A stretch of DNA of 32,000 nt from Psychrobacter sp. HD31. Lineage in GTDB: Bacteria > Pseudomonadota > Gammaproteobacteria > Pseudomonadales > Moraxellaceae. Both the position numbers and the translations under genes were made by a program. Below the pieces are notes generated by a model. That model had not been told where the DNA came from, ran no database searches, and was given only the letters and a program-made list of their open reading frames with translations. Below are positions 9,076-17,971 of the stretch, piece after piece. The stretch is taken from assembly GCF_051097895.1 (NCBI RefSeq), contig NZ_CP142525.1:630001-662000 (forward strand). The letters run 5' to 3'. The number at the start of each line of letters is the position of its first letter. Position 1 is the first letter of the stretch.

Positions 9076-11151
9076 TTAACAAAGCTCCTCAATCGCATCT
9101 TTGATGTATTGAGGAATAGAAATGTTAATGAATTCATCTGTTCCTTTTTTAGAGAAATTCTCAGCTAATACATAAGATAGTTCTAATGCATTTTCACCTT
9201 TACCAATAGAATTTAAATATCGTGATGCTATTATAGATTTTTTCTTATCATCATCATTTAACGTTGAGTTCTGATTAATAGACTCTATGATTCTTGTGTT
9301 CTCCTCACTATCACCTAATTTATTTAATAAGTCTTCTACGGTTGAAGTATTATCTTCATAGAGTGTCATTAATTCTTCTAAGTTGTTTTTGTTACTCATT
9401 GATTCGGTTAGAAATAATTGGCAAGAAGGGTTACACATTAGTAGTTCATACTCTAAAGTTTTACCATTACTTCTGTCAGAACTGAAAACAGTGATATTCT
9501 GATGAGAATCTTTAGGGTATTTATCAGAAAAAGGATTATTCTGGTATTCATATTTATTTAAGTCTTGTTGAAACTCGTATGGGTAACACTTTTTGAACTT
9601 ACCATTAGGTTTTTCTTTTCTCGTAGGGTCTCTATCTGTTATGCATACTATCTTTTTATGAATAGTATGTTCTTTTGTACTATCAAATAAATATAAGAAA
9701 TGTTCAAAATAACGACCGCCAACATTGATAACTGCAACGTGATTATCTTCTAAAGATTTGTCTATATACTTTCCTAAAACAGACATGAGTAGTTGTTCAG
9801 CAATACCTTCAACGAATAATACTTTCTGTGCAAATAACATGTCTGACTTTGTAGCATCTAAAAAACGTTGAACATATTTTTTATTTTTAGTTTCTGGAAA
9901 TACTTTTTTAGGATAGCCAACTTGGGTTTGACCATTATCATTATGCAGACAAATTATTTGGTCTAGTGATAGAGCCGAAGTAATGTGAGTTGAATGAGTG
10001 GTTACAAAAACTTGTCGAACTTTTTTATCACTTTTATTTTCATTTAAAAACTTTAGAAATTTATACTGCATTGCAGGGTGAAGGTGGGCTTCGGGCTCTT
10101 CGATAGCAAGGGTGTTAAATACTTTGGCATTGTTATCTAAATATTTAATATTCGCATTCACTTGCATTTTGGCTAGTAAAAGAGACATAAAAATTAAGTT
10201 ATTGTATCCAAGCCCATTATGCGTTGCAGGAATTGTTATACCTGACTCATACTCAACTATAAGCTTTAATACTGAGTACATTTCACTTTCAGCAATGCTT
10301 CCGGTAAAGCTTGGTTTTGCTTTATTAAACGAAGCACCCGTTTTAGTTGCATAAGAAAGAATTTCTTTTTTACCTTCTTTAATTCTTTTTGTTAGGTCTT
10401 CAATTAAAACATCAGCTTTTTGGGTGAACTGTTCTTTTTTGTTTTTAATTTCTTCAGCTTTTTGTTCAAATGTTTTGCTACCATCTTTTTTTATTTCATA
10501 ATCCATAAAGAAGTCAAAAACTTCTCTTAAAAGAGTGTTTTGACCTGATAGCATATCTCTTTCAACATCTCTTATAGCATCTAAAAATTGAAAATCAAAT
10601 TTTTGTAATGATTCAGAGTCAGCAGTTGCTTGGTTTGAAACGTCTCCGCCCCATATTTTATAAACATAAAACCTCAGAAAGTCCTGTTTAATAACTTTCC
10701 AAGCTTTATCAATAGTTTTTAATTTATCTTCAGCAGGTTCATCATTGCTTTCTGTAAATACAGATAATGCCTCAATATATGAATTATGTTTTTTTTCAGG
10801 AAGAAAAAATTCATATGTCAGTAAAGCTTCATATGAGTTCTCAAGTTTAGTAAGCCAGTTAGCTATTGTAACTAAATCATCAGGGGTTTCTTCTTCACCT
10901 TTTGCAATCGTAACTGAAATAGTAATTTTCGGTGGGCTGCTTTTTAATTCGTCTAGTGAGATGTTCTTGTGAAAATCATCGATACTTAGTCGTTTTGATT
11001 TAGTCGTATCAATTACTAATGATAAAGCTTGAATCAGGTTAGTTTTACCAGCATTGTTATGACCGATAATTACATTCATGCCATCATTAAAAATGATTTC
11101 TTGGTCTTTGAAGTTTCGATAGTTACTGATTTTTATTTTTGATAAATACAT
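9076..11151 (-). CDS. gajA: OLD-family nuclease (N-terminal ABC-type ATPase plus C-terminal TOPRIM), Gabija GajA-like
   Basis: 691 aa. The N-terminus MYLSKIKISNYRNF... is typical of OLD/AAA_15-type ATPases. It has Walker A GHNNAGKT (aa 30-37), Walker B TLAIEEPEAHLHP (aa 347-359) and an H-loop VFVTTHSTH (aa 381-389). TOPRIM acidic residues are in VLFVEGIAEQ (E448), INVGGRYF and VCITDRDP (D506, D508). It is tightly coupled to the helicase gene downstream. Confidence 0.75.
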   Translation of the reverse strand: MYLSKIKISNYRNFKDQEIIFNDGMNVIIGHNNAGKTNLIQALSLVIDTTKSKRLSIDDFHKNISLDELKSSPPKITISVTIAKGEEETPDDLVTIANWLTKLENSYEALLTYEFFLPEKKHNSYIEALSVFTESNDEPAEDKLKTIDKAWKVIKQDFLRFYVYKIWGGDVSNQATADSESLQKFDFQFLDAIRDVERDMLSGQNTLLREVFDFFMDYEIKKDGSKTFEQKAEEIKNKKEQFTQKADVLIEDLTKRIKEGKKEILSYATKTGASFNKAKPSFTGSIAESEMYSVLKLIVEYESGITIPATHNGLGYNNLIFMSLLLAKMQVNANIKYLDNNAKVFNTLAIEEPEAHLHPAMQYKFLKFLNENKSDKKVRQVFVTTHSTHITSALSLDQIICLHNDNGQTQVGYPKKVFPETKNKKYVQRFLDATKSDMLFAQKVLFVEGIAEQLLMSVLGKYIDKSLEDNHVAVINVGGRYFEHFLYLFDSTKEHTIHKKIVCITDRDPTRKEKPNGKFKKCYPYEFQQDLNKYEYQNNPFSDKYPKDSHQNITVFSSDRSNGKTLEYELLMCNPSCQLFLTESMSNKNNLEELMTLYEDNTSTVEDLLNKLGDSEENTRIIESINQNSTLNDDDKKKSIIASRYLNSIGKGENALELSYVLAENFSKKGTDEFINISIPQYIKDAIEELC

Positions 11152-11486
11152 AGCAATCTTAATTTCACGTCAAAAAGTATTTACTTTAATAGCAATACAA
11201 AAGTTAATTAATCACTGAGTTCTATTTTATATAGTGTATTAAAACACCTTATCATATCTACTTTAGCATAGCATGATGTAATTTTGGCAAACTAAACACC
11301 GCGTGTTTCTTAGCCCTGATAGTAGTTGAAATGTATTTTATGTACAGAGGGCTTAGCGGGCTAAGACTGGACGACTTATCGCGCTAGCAGGAAGACGGCT
11401 AGGCTTGAAAGCCAACTTGTTATCGGTGAATGCGACATTGAAGCAGATATCAAGTTTCCACCTCATTTAATCCATCCAATATAACA

Positions 11487-11519
11487 TAAAAAAAGACAAA
11501 CACCATTAAGCATTTGCCT
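11487..11519 (-). terminator. Candidate Rho-independent terminator after acnD
   Basis: On the minus-strand RNA, AGGCAAA pairs with UUUGUCU (7 bp including one G-U; + strand arms 11494-11500 and 11513-11519). The loop is 12 nt and a U7 run follows (+ strand A run 11487-11493). It lies about 55 nt past the acnD stop. Confidence 0.4.
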
Positions 11520-11573
11520 TTCATACTATTACTATATAATCATAAATTTAAACACACTCAACAAAGTATTTTA

Positions 11574-14249
11574 TCAAGCCGACTTCTCAATAAACTCTTT
11601 TGCAAAGCGTTGCAACATACCACCAGCATTATACATCAGCACTTCATCAGCCGTATCAAGGCGACAAATAACCTTTGCTTTATCCACTGTACCGTCTTGA
11701 CGATGGATAACCAAAGTCATTTCACCTCTTGGTGATACCTCACCTTCCACGTCATAAACTTCGGTACCGTCTAAATTTAAGCTATTGCGGTTTGTGCCGG
11801 CTGCAAATTGTAATGGCAACGCACCCATGCCCACAAGGTTGGTACGGTGAATACGCTCAAAATCTTCTGCCACGATGGCTTCTACACCAGCCAGACGCAC
11901 ACCTTTTGCTGCCCAGTCACGGCTAGAGCCTTGACCATAGCCATCACCAGCGATGATGATAAGCGGTTGTTTACGCTCCATATAGGTTTCGATGGCTTCC
12001 CACATACGCATCACGTTGCCTTCTGGTTCAACACGAGCCAGCGAGCCTTGCACGACGTTGCCTTGCTCATCACGCACCATTTCATTAAGCAATTTAGGGT
12101 TGGCAAAGGTGGCACGTTGGGCGGTTAAGTGGTCACCACGGTGGGTGGCATACGAATTATAATCAACTTCTGGCAAGCCCATTTTATCAAGGTAGGCACC
12201 AGCAGCACTTTCTTTTAAAATCGCATTGGATGGCGACAAGTGGTCGGTAGTGATGTTATCACCCAGTACGGCTAGCGGTCGCATGCCTTTTAGCTGATTT
12301 TTGGCTGCCATTGCCCCTTCCCAATACGGCGGACGGCGGATATAAGTACTCATTTCACGCCAGTTATATAGAGGTTCTGCCTTGGCAAGGTCTTTTTTCG
12401 CTTCATCGAACATCGGGATGTAAACGGCATTGAATTGCTCTGGTTTAACCGCAGATTTAACAATGGCATCAATTTCAGCATCATCTGGCCAGATGTCTTT
12501 TAGGTACACATCATTGCCATCTTGGTCTTGCCCTAATGGGTCTTTTTCGATGTCAAATTTGATATTACCAGTAATTGCATAGGCAATCACCAATGGCGGT
12601 GAGGCAAGAAACGCCTGCTTGGCATACGGGTGAATACGACCGTCAAAGTTACGGTTGCCTGATAAAACAGCAGCTGTATATAAGTCACGGTCGATGATTT
12701 CTTGTTGAATCTCTGGTCGCAACGCACCCGACATACCGTTACAGGTTGTACAGGCAAATGCCACCACATCAAAGCCAAGTTTCTGTAGTTCTGGCAACAG
12801 TCCTGCTTCTTCAAGATACATTTTTACCGTTTTAGAACCTGGGGCAAGCGACGATTTCACCCAAGGTTGGCGTACCAGACCTTTGGCGTTGGCATTGCGA
12901 GCCATTAAGCCGGCAGAAATGATATTGCGTGGGTTTGAGGTATTAGTACAGCTGGTAATGGCAGCGATAATCACCGCACCATCTGGCATGGTACCGTCTT
13001 CTGGATTGGCAGGTGCTTGAGGTATGGCTTCTCCCTCAGCGTGTGCAATGCCTTTTTTGACCAAGTCTGCCGTACCAACACGAGCATGCGGACGGCTAGG
13101 ACCTGCAATATTACGAGTGACACTGGATAAGTCAAAGGTTAACACTCGCTCATACTCGACCGCTTTCATGCCATCTGCCCACAAACCGACTTCTTTGGCA
13201 TATTGCTCCACCAATTTAACTTGGTCGTCACTACGCCCAGTCAAACGTAAATAGTCGATGGTCTGTTCGTCAATATAGAACATCACCGCCGTTGCTCCAT
13301 ACTCTGGGGTCATATTAGAGATAGAAGCACGGTCACCAACGGATAGGGTTTTTACGCCTTCGCCAAAGCATTCCACATAAGCCGAAACCACGCCTTCTTC
13401 ACGCAAAAACTCGGTAATCGCTAATACCAAATCGGTGCCAGTAATGCCTGCCTGTAATTCGCCAGTAATCTCAAGACCAACGATGTCTGGCAGACGCATA
13501 TATGATGGATTGCCCAGCATGACGCTTTCGGCTTCCAAACCGCCGACACCCACCGAAATCACCCCCAAGGCATCAACCATCGGCGTATGACTGTCCGTGC
13601 CTACTAGCGTATCAGGAAAGGCGATTTTATGCCCAGCGGTATCGGCACACACCTGTACAACTGGTGACATCTTCTCAAGATTAATCTGGTGCATGATACC
13701 GTTACCCGGTGGCACGACATTCACATTATCAAAGGCTTCTTGACACCAATTAATAAAGTGAAAGCGGTCATCGTTTCGGCGGTCTTCTACGGCACGGTTA
13801 TTTTCAAAGGCATTTTCTTCATAGCCTGGATGTTCTACCGCTAGTGAATGGTCAACGATACACTGAGTCGGCACAATTGGGTTTACTTTTGAGGGGTCAC
13901 CACCTGCCAAAGCAATGGCATCACGCAAGCCTGCCAAATCAACAAAAGCTGTTTGCCCCAAGATATCATGACAGACCACACGGGCAGGAAACCACGGAAA
14001 ATCAACGTCTTGCTTACGGAAAATATGCTGTTCTAAGGCGGTTTTTAAATCTTCAGGTGGGCAACGACGCACTAAATTTTCTGCCAATACTTTTGATGAA
14101 AATGGCAGTTTGTCATAGCTACCCGCTTCAATTTCTTCAACCGCTTTTTTGGTATCAAAGTAATGCACATCGGTATTGGGCAATGCGGTAATATAGTCAG
14201 CATTCATTTCGACAGGTAGGGTTTGGGTGGTTTTAAATATCTGGGTCAT
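11574..14249 (-). CDS. acnD: Aconitase-family Fe/S-dependent 2-methylisocitrate dehydratase AcnD
   Basis: 891 aa with aconitase-family length and cluster-ligand context (ITSCTNTSNP, FACTTCNGMSG). The N-terminal ...DKLPFSSKVLAENLVRRC is typical of the AcnD branch. It lies in the prp locus, and prpF is present in the window. Confidence 0.85.
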   Translation of the reverse strand: MTQIFKTTQTLPVEMNADYITALPNTDVHYFDTKKAVEEIEAGSYDKLPFSSKVLAENLVRRCPPEDLKTALEQHIFRKQDVDFPWFPARVVCHDILGQTAFVDLAGLRDAIALAGGDPSKVNPIVPTQCIVDHSLAVEHPGYEENAFENNRAVEDRRNDDRFHFINWCQEAFDNVNVVPPGNGIMHQINLEKMSPVVQVCADTAGHKIAFPDTLVGTDSHTPMVDALGVISVGVGGLEAESVMLGNPSYMRLPDIVGLEITGELQAGITGTDLVLAITEFLREEGVVSAYVECFGEGVKTLSVGDRASISNMTPEYGATAVMFYIDEQTIDYLRLTGRSDDQVKLVEQYAKEVGLWADGMKAVEYERVLTFDLSSVTRNIAGPSRPHARVGTADLVKKGIAHAEGEAIPQAPANPEDGTMPDGAVIIAAITSCTNTSNPRNIISAGLMARNANAKGLVRQPWVKSSLAPGSKTVKMYLEEAGLLPELQKLGFDVVAFACTTCNGMSGALRPEIQQEIIDRDLYTAAVLSGNRNFDGRIHPYAKQAFLASPPLVIAYAITGNIKFDIEKDPLGQDQDGNDVYLKDIWPDDAEIDAIVKSAVKPEQFNAVYIPMFDEAKKDLAKAEPLYNWREMSTYIRRPPYWEGAMAAKNQLKGMRPLAVLGDNITTDHLSPSNAILKESAAGAYLDKMGLPEVDYNSYATHRGDHLTAQRATFANPKLLNEMVRDEQGNVVQGSLARVEPEGNVMRMWEAIETYMERKQPLIIIAGDGYGQGSSRDWAAKGVRLAGVEAIVAEDFERIHRTNLVGMGALPLQFAAGTNRNSLNLDGTEVYDVEGEVSPRGEMTLVIHRQDGTVDKAKVICRLDTADEVLMYNAGGMLQRFAKEFIEKSA

Positions 14250-14532
14250 AAAACTTCCTTGATATGGGTTACAAATTTAATAAATTGTGTGCTGGCACTG
14301 GTGATGTGCTGGCAATGATAGTTCAGTTAATCATCTTTAATCTAAGCTTAAACCTAGCCTCAATGAAACTAAAATCAATACGCCTCCAAAAGCATCAAAG
14401 TATTTAATGTTCTTTTCTAAGAAGATATTAAAAATACAAGGCACTGACGTGTATTTGTTTTTTAGTTTCTATTTAGTTCCTCAATTATGGTTTTTATCTG
14501 ATGACTTTTATTTAACGGGGGTGGATTTCTCC

Positions 14533-14568
14533 AAAACCATAAAAACCCCGTGTCTAAACACAGGGTTT
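14533..14568 (-). terminator. Rho-independent terminator after prpD
   Basis: The minus-strand RNA stem AAACCCUGUG / CACGGGGUUU is 10 bp with one G-U (+ strand 14543-14552 and 14559-14568). The loop is 6 nt and a U-rich tail (UUAUGGUUUU) follows. It starts 44 nt past the prpD stop. Confidence 0.55.
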
Positions 14569-14611
14569 CCAATTTTAAAGTGACAGAGTGGTTATTGCAG
14601 CGATTGGATTT

Positions 14612-16057
14612 TTATCGAACCCACAAGCTCATAAACTCATTCACAGGCGTTGCTGAGAATGTATCATGGTCGTTGCACAAATCGAGCAACTGCTGGGATA
14701 CTTTCTCCGACAACTTGCCACGGATACTGTATTCAAACTTATCTTTTAGTACTGGGATACCTTCCTCACGGCGACGACGATGACCAATTGGGTAATCCAC
14801 AGTTACTTTTTCGGTGCTTGTCCCATCTTTAAAGAACACCTGCACACTATTGCCAATCGCACGTTTATCAGGGTCAAAGTACTCTTTGGTAAAGGTCTTG
14901 TTCTCTGCCACGCTCATCATGTCACGCAACTGGTCAATACGAGGGTCACTCGCCACGCTATCTTCATAGTCGGCAGCAGTTAAGCGACCAAAAATAAGCG
15001 GTACTGCTACCATATATTGCAAGCAATGGTCACGGTCAGCAGGGTTGGCTAAAGGTCCAGACTTATCAATGATGCGGTAGCCAGCCTCTTGGGTTTCCAG
15101 CTCAATCCGCTCAATGTCGTCCAAACGGTCTTTCACCTCATTGTGCAATGCCATGGCACACTCAACGGCTGTCTGCGCATGAAACTCGGCAGGGAAGGAA
15201 ATCTTAAACAACACATTTTCCATCACATAACTGCCATAATCTCGGGTAAACTCAAATGGCTTACCGCCAAACAACACATCATAGTAGCCCCAGTTTTTTG
15301 CGGTTAATGCAGATGGATAGCCCATCTCACCGGTTTGAGCAATCAATGCCAAACGTACCGCACGACTGGTAGCATCACCTGCCGCCCAACTCTTACGAGA
15401 GCCAGTATTGGGTGCATGGCGATAGGTACGTAACGCACCACCATCAATCCACGCATTCGACACCGCATTGATGGTTTCTTCACGGCTTAGCCCCAGTAGC
15501 TTACTGACCACTGCGGTTGACGCAATTCGTACCAGTAGCACATGGTCAAGACCCACTTGGTTAAAGCTATTTTCTAACGCAATCACACCTTGAATCTCAT
15601 GAGCCATGATGGAGGCTGTCAATACTTCCTTCATGGTCAGTGGTGCTTTGCCTTTGGCGATATTTCTACGGCTAACATAGTCGGCAACTGCCAAAATACC
15701 GCCTAAATTATCTGAGGGGTGTCCCCATTCAGCTGCCAGCCAAGTATCATTAAAGTCTAACCAACGAATCAAGGCTCCAATATTAAATGCCGCCATCACA
15801 GGGTCAAGCTCATAAGACGTACCCGGTACACGTGCACCGCCAGCCATACTTGCTTCAGGCACTACAGGACCTAACATCTTCACACAAGCAGGGTAGTCCA
15901 ACGCCTGCATCGCACAGCCCAAACTATCCATCACACAATATCGAGCCGTGGTATACGCCTCTTCACTGCTGATTTGATAATCATGAACATAGTCCGTTAT
16001 CTTTTGTAAAACATCGTCAAACTCTGGTCTTTCCGTGGTTTTAATGCCAATAGACAT
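14612..16057 (-). CDS. prpD: 2-methylcitrate dehydratase PrpD
   Basis: MmgE/PrpD-family sequence throughout (e.g. [30 protein letters not shown]). I place the start at the ATG at 16057 (MSIGIKTT...) because AGGAG at 16066-16070 lies 8 nt upstream. This gives 481 aa, close to E. coli PrpD, rather than the 500-aa ORF-track start at 16114. Confidence 0.9.
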   Translation of the reverse strand: MSIGIKTTERPEFDDVLQKITDYVHDYQISSEEAYTTARYCVMDSLGCAMQALDYPACVKMLGPVVPEASMAGGARVPGTSYELDPVMAAFNIGALIRWLDFNDTWLAAEWGHPSDNLGGILAVADYVSRRNIAKGKAPLTMKEVLTASIMAHEIQGVIALENSFNQVGLDHVLLVRIASTAVVSKLLGLSREETINAVSNAWIDGGALRTYRHAPNTGSRKSWAAGDATSRAVRLALIAQTGEMGYPSALTAKNWGYYDVLFGGKPFEFTRDYGSYVMENVLFKISFPAEFHAQTAVECAMALHNEVKDRLDDIERIELETQEAGYRIIDKSGPLANPADRDHCLQYMVAVPLIFGRLTAADYEDSVASDPRIDQLRDMMSVAENKTFTKEYFDPDKRAIGNSVQVFFKDGTSTEKVTVDYPIGHRRRREEGIPVLKDKFEYSIRGKLSEKVSQQLLDLCNDHDTFSATPVNEFMSLWVR

Positions 16058-16368
16058 GGTTACAACTCCTAACAGGTCAAGCAAATAATGCAGTCCATTT
16101 TGGTAACAATACATCTCTGCTCAATGGTTTTATGAATGCAGTCAAACTGCGAGGAAAACAGTCTTTCGACCGTTGATTGACAAATGTTCGATTGGTTACT
16201 TGTCAGTAAATCTATCAAACGAAGTGTCATTGCCTGAGACTCTCATCATCATAAGAGTGCCAGTATCCCTCATGGCTACATCCAAATAAAACACAATTTG
16301 ACTTTTACAGTCGCCATCATGTTAGGCGTGGCTAATGGGCATCTTGTCTGTGGCTTTTGCCACTGTCT

Positions 16369-16396
16369 TTATATAAAGTTATATAACTTTATATAA
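16369..16396. repeat. Perfect 28-bp AT-rich palindrome in the prpC-prpD spacer (candidate operator)
   Basis: TTATATAAAGTTATATAACTTTATATAA equals its own reverse complement (checked base by base). It lies about 310 nt upstream of the prpD start and downstream of the prpC terminator hairpin. Confidence 0.6.
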
Positions 16397-16503
16397 TTAA
16401 AATCCCTTAATATATATAACTTAAGCACCTTAATTAATATTTATAATATCTAAATTGTGATAATTCTGTATAGATATTCTTATATCAGTAGCAGTGTTAT
16501 CAT

Positions 16504-16551
16504 CAAAAAAAGAGCCAAAACGAGCGGGGAAGGAGGAAACCGCCCGTCTCG
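16504..16551 (-). terminator. Candidate Rho-independent terminator after prpC
   Basis: The minus-strand RNA CGAGaCGGG...CCCGCUCG forms a 4+4 bp GC-rich stem with one bulged A, followed by UUUUGGCUCUUUUUUU (+ strand A-rich run 16504-16520). It lies about 125 nt past the prpC stop. Confidence 0.5.
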
Positions 16552-16675
16552 GCAAGAAGGTAAGGTCAATCAGTTGACCTTAAAAACTTTTTAACGTTTA
16601 AAAATTTATGTTGTGCCTGCGACTCAATAAATTTTCTCGATTCATCCCACAGTACAGTAAGGAAAAACATAAGTA

Positions 16676-17836
16676 TTATTTGCGGTCACTCATAGGTACA
16701 AAAGCTTGGTCGTCAGGACCCGTATAGTTAGCACTTGGGCGAATGATTTTACCATCAGCACGCTGTTCTAATACATGAGCTGCCCAACCTGTGGTACGAG
16801 AGATAACAAACAATGGGGTAAACATGGCTGTCGGCACACCAAGTTTTTGATAACTAACCGCTGAGAACCAATCAAGATTTGGGAACATCTTTTTGTTATC
16901 CCACATCACGCTTTCTAAACGTTCTGCAATGTCAAACAGCTTCATATCGCCAGACTCTTTTGATAAATCACGAGCCACTTCTTTAATCACTACATTTCGT
17001 GGGTCAGAGATGGTATAAACTGGATGACCAAAACCAATCACAATTTCCTTTTTAGCCAAACGCGCTAAAATGTCCGCTTCGGCCTCATCGGCATTGCGAT
17101 AGCGTGACTGGATGTCGTATGCCACTTCGTTAGCACCACCGTGTTTAGGTCCTTTTAACGCGCCAATAGAACCAGAAATCGCTGAATACATATCCGAGCC
17201 CGTACCTGTAATCACACGAGAAGTAAAGGTTGACGCATTGAACTCATGCTCTGCATAAAGAATAAGCGAGATGTGCATCGCTTTCACATGTGATTCGCTT
17301 GGACGTTCACCATGAAGTAGATGTAGGAAATGACCACCAACGCTATCCTCTTCACTGTCTAATTCAATAGCTTTACCATTGTGGCTAAAATGATACCAAT
17401 AAAGCAGCATACTACCTAGGCTGGCTATCAGTTTATCGGCAATATCACGAGCCTCAGAAGTTGGGTGACTTTCACGCTCAGGCAAGGTACATCCCATTGC
17501 CGATACACCTGTACGCATTACATCCATTGGATGAGCATTGGCAGGTAGGCTCTCTAATACTGCCAATACATTAACAGGCAAGTTACGCATGGTCTGTAAC
17601 TTAGCTTTATATGCTGTTAGTTCATGTTGATTTGGCAAGTGACCGTGAATAAGCAAATGAGCCACTTCTTCAAACTCACATTCCTTTGCTAGGTCTAAAA
17701 TGTCATAACCACGGTAGCTTAAATCATTACCAGATTTCCCAACGGTACAAAGTGCTGTATTACCTGCTGCCACACCTGATAAGGCAACTGATTTTTTTGG
17801 TTTAAATGCGGGTTTCTTTTCAGTTTCTGTAGACAT
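16676..17836 (-). CDS. prpC: 2-methylcitrate synthase
   Basis: 386 aa of the citrate-synthase family ([25 protein letters not shown]), with the short type-II length typical of PrpC. It sits between prpB and prpD, and AAGGA precedes the ATG. Confidence 0.9.
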   Translation of the reverse strand: MSTETEKKPAFKPKKSVALSGVAAGNTALCTVGKSGNDLSYRGYDILDLAKECEFEEVAHLLIHGHLPNQHELTAYKAKLQTMRNLPVNVLAVLESLPANAHPMDVMRTGVSAMGCTLPERESHPTSEARDIADKLIASLGSMLLYWYHFSHNGKAIELDSEEDSVGGHFLHLLHGERPSESHVKAMHISLILYAEHEFNASTFTSRVITGTGSDMYSAISGSIGALKGPKHGGANEVAYDIQSRYRNADEAEADILARLAKKEIVIGFGHPVYTISDPRNVVIKEVARDLSKESGDMKLFDIAERLESVMWDNKKMFPNLDWFSAVSYQKLGVPTAMFTPLFVISRTTGWAAHVLEQRADGKIIRPSANYTGPDDQAFVPMSDRK

Positions 17837-17971
17837 ACTTAAATCCTTTTATTAAATTGTTACTGGTTAAACTGCTATCGCTTATTAGGTTACAGTTTTT
17901 AATTGCTATATAACAAAATTAAAACATTAACTTTAGATAATTAAAAACGATAATCAAAACTGCCGTTAAAA

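Noticed and set aside
9074-9082. TTG start giving a 7-nt gajA/gajB overlap
   Set aside because: GAGGAG lies only 2 nt from the TTG but 11 nt from the ATG at 9073, so the ATG is more plausible. The genes are translationally coupled with either start.
14288-14314. 10-bp direct repeat TGTGCTGGCA, two copies 17 bp apart, 39-65 nt upstream of the acnD start
   Set aside because: One or two such local repeats are expected by chance in a window this size. It may still be an operator, but the sequence alone does not support a call.
16058-16114. 19-codon N-terminal extension of prpD in the ORF track (start at 16114)
   Set aside because: The internal ATG at 16057 has a proper AGGAG SD 8 nt upstream and gives a PrpD of canonical length. 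The extension ([19 protein letters not shown]) covers that SD.
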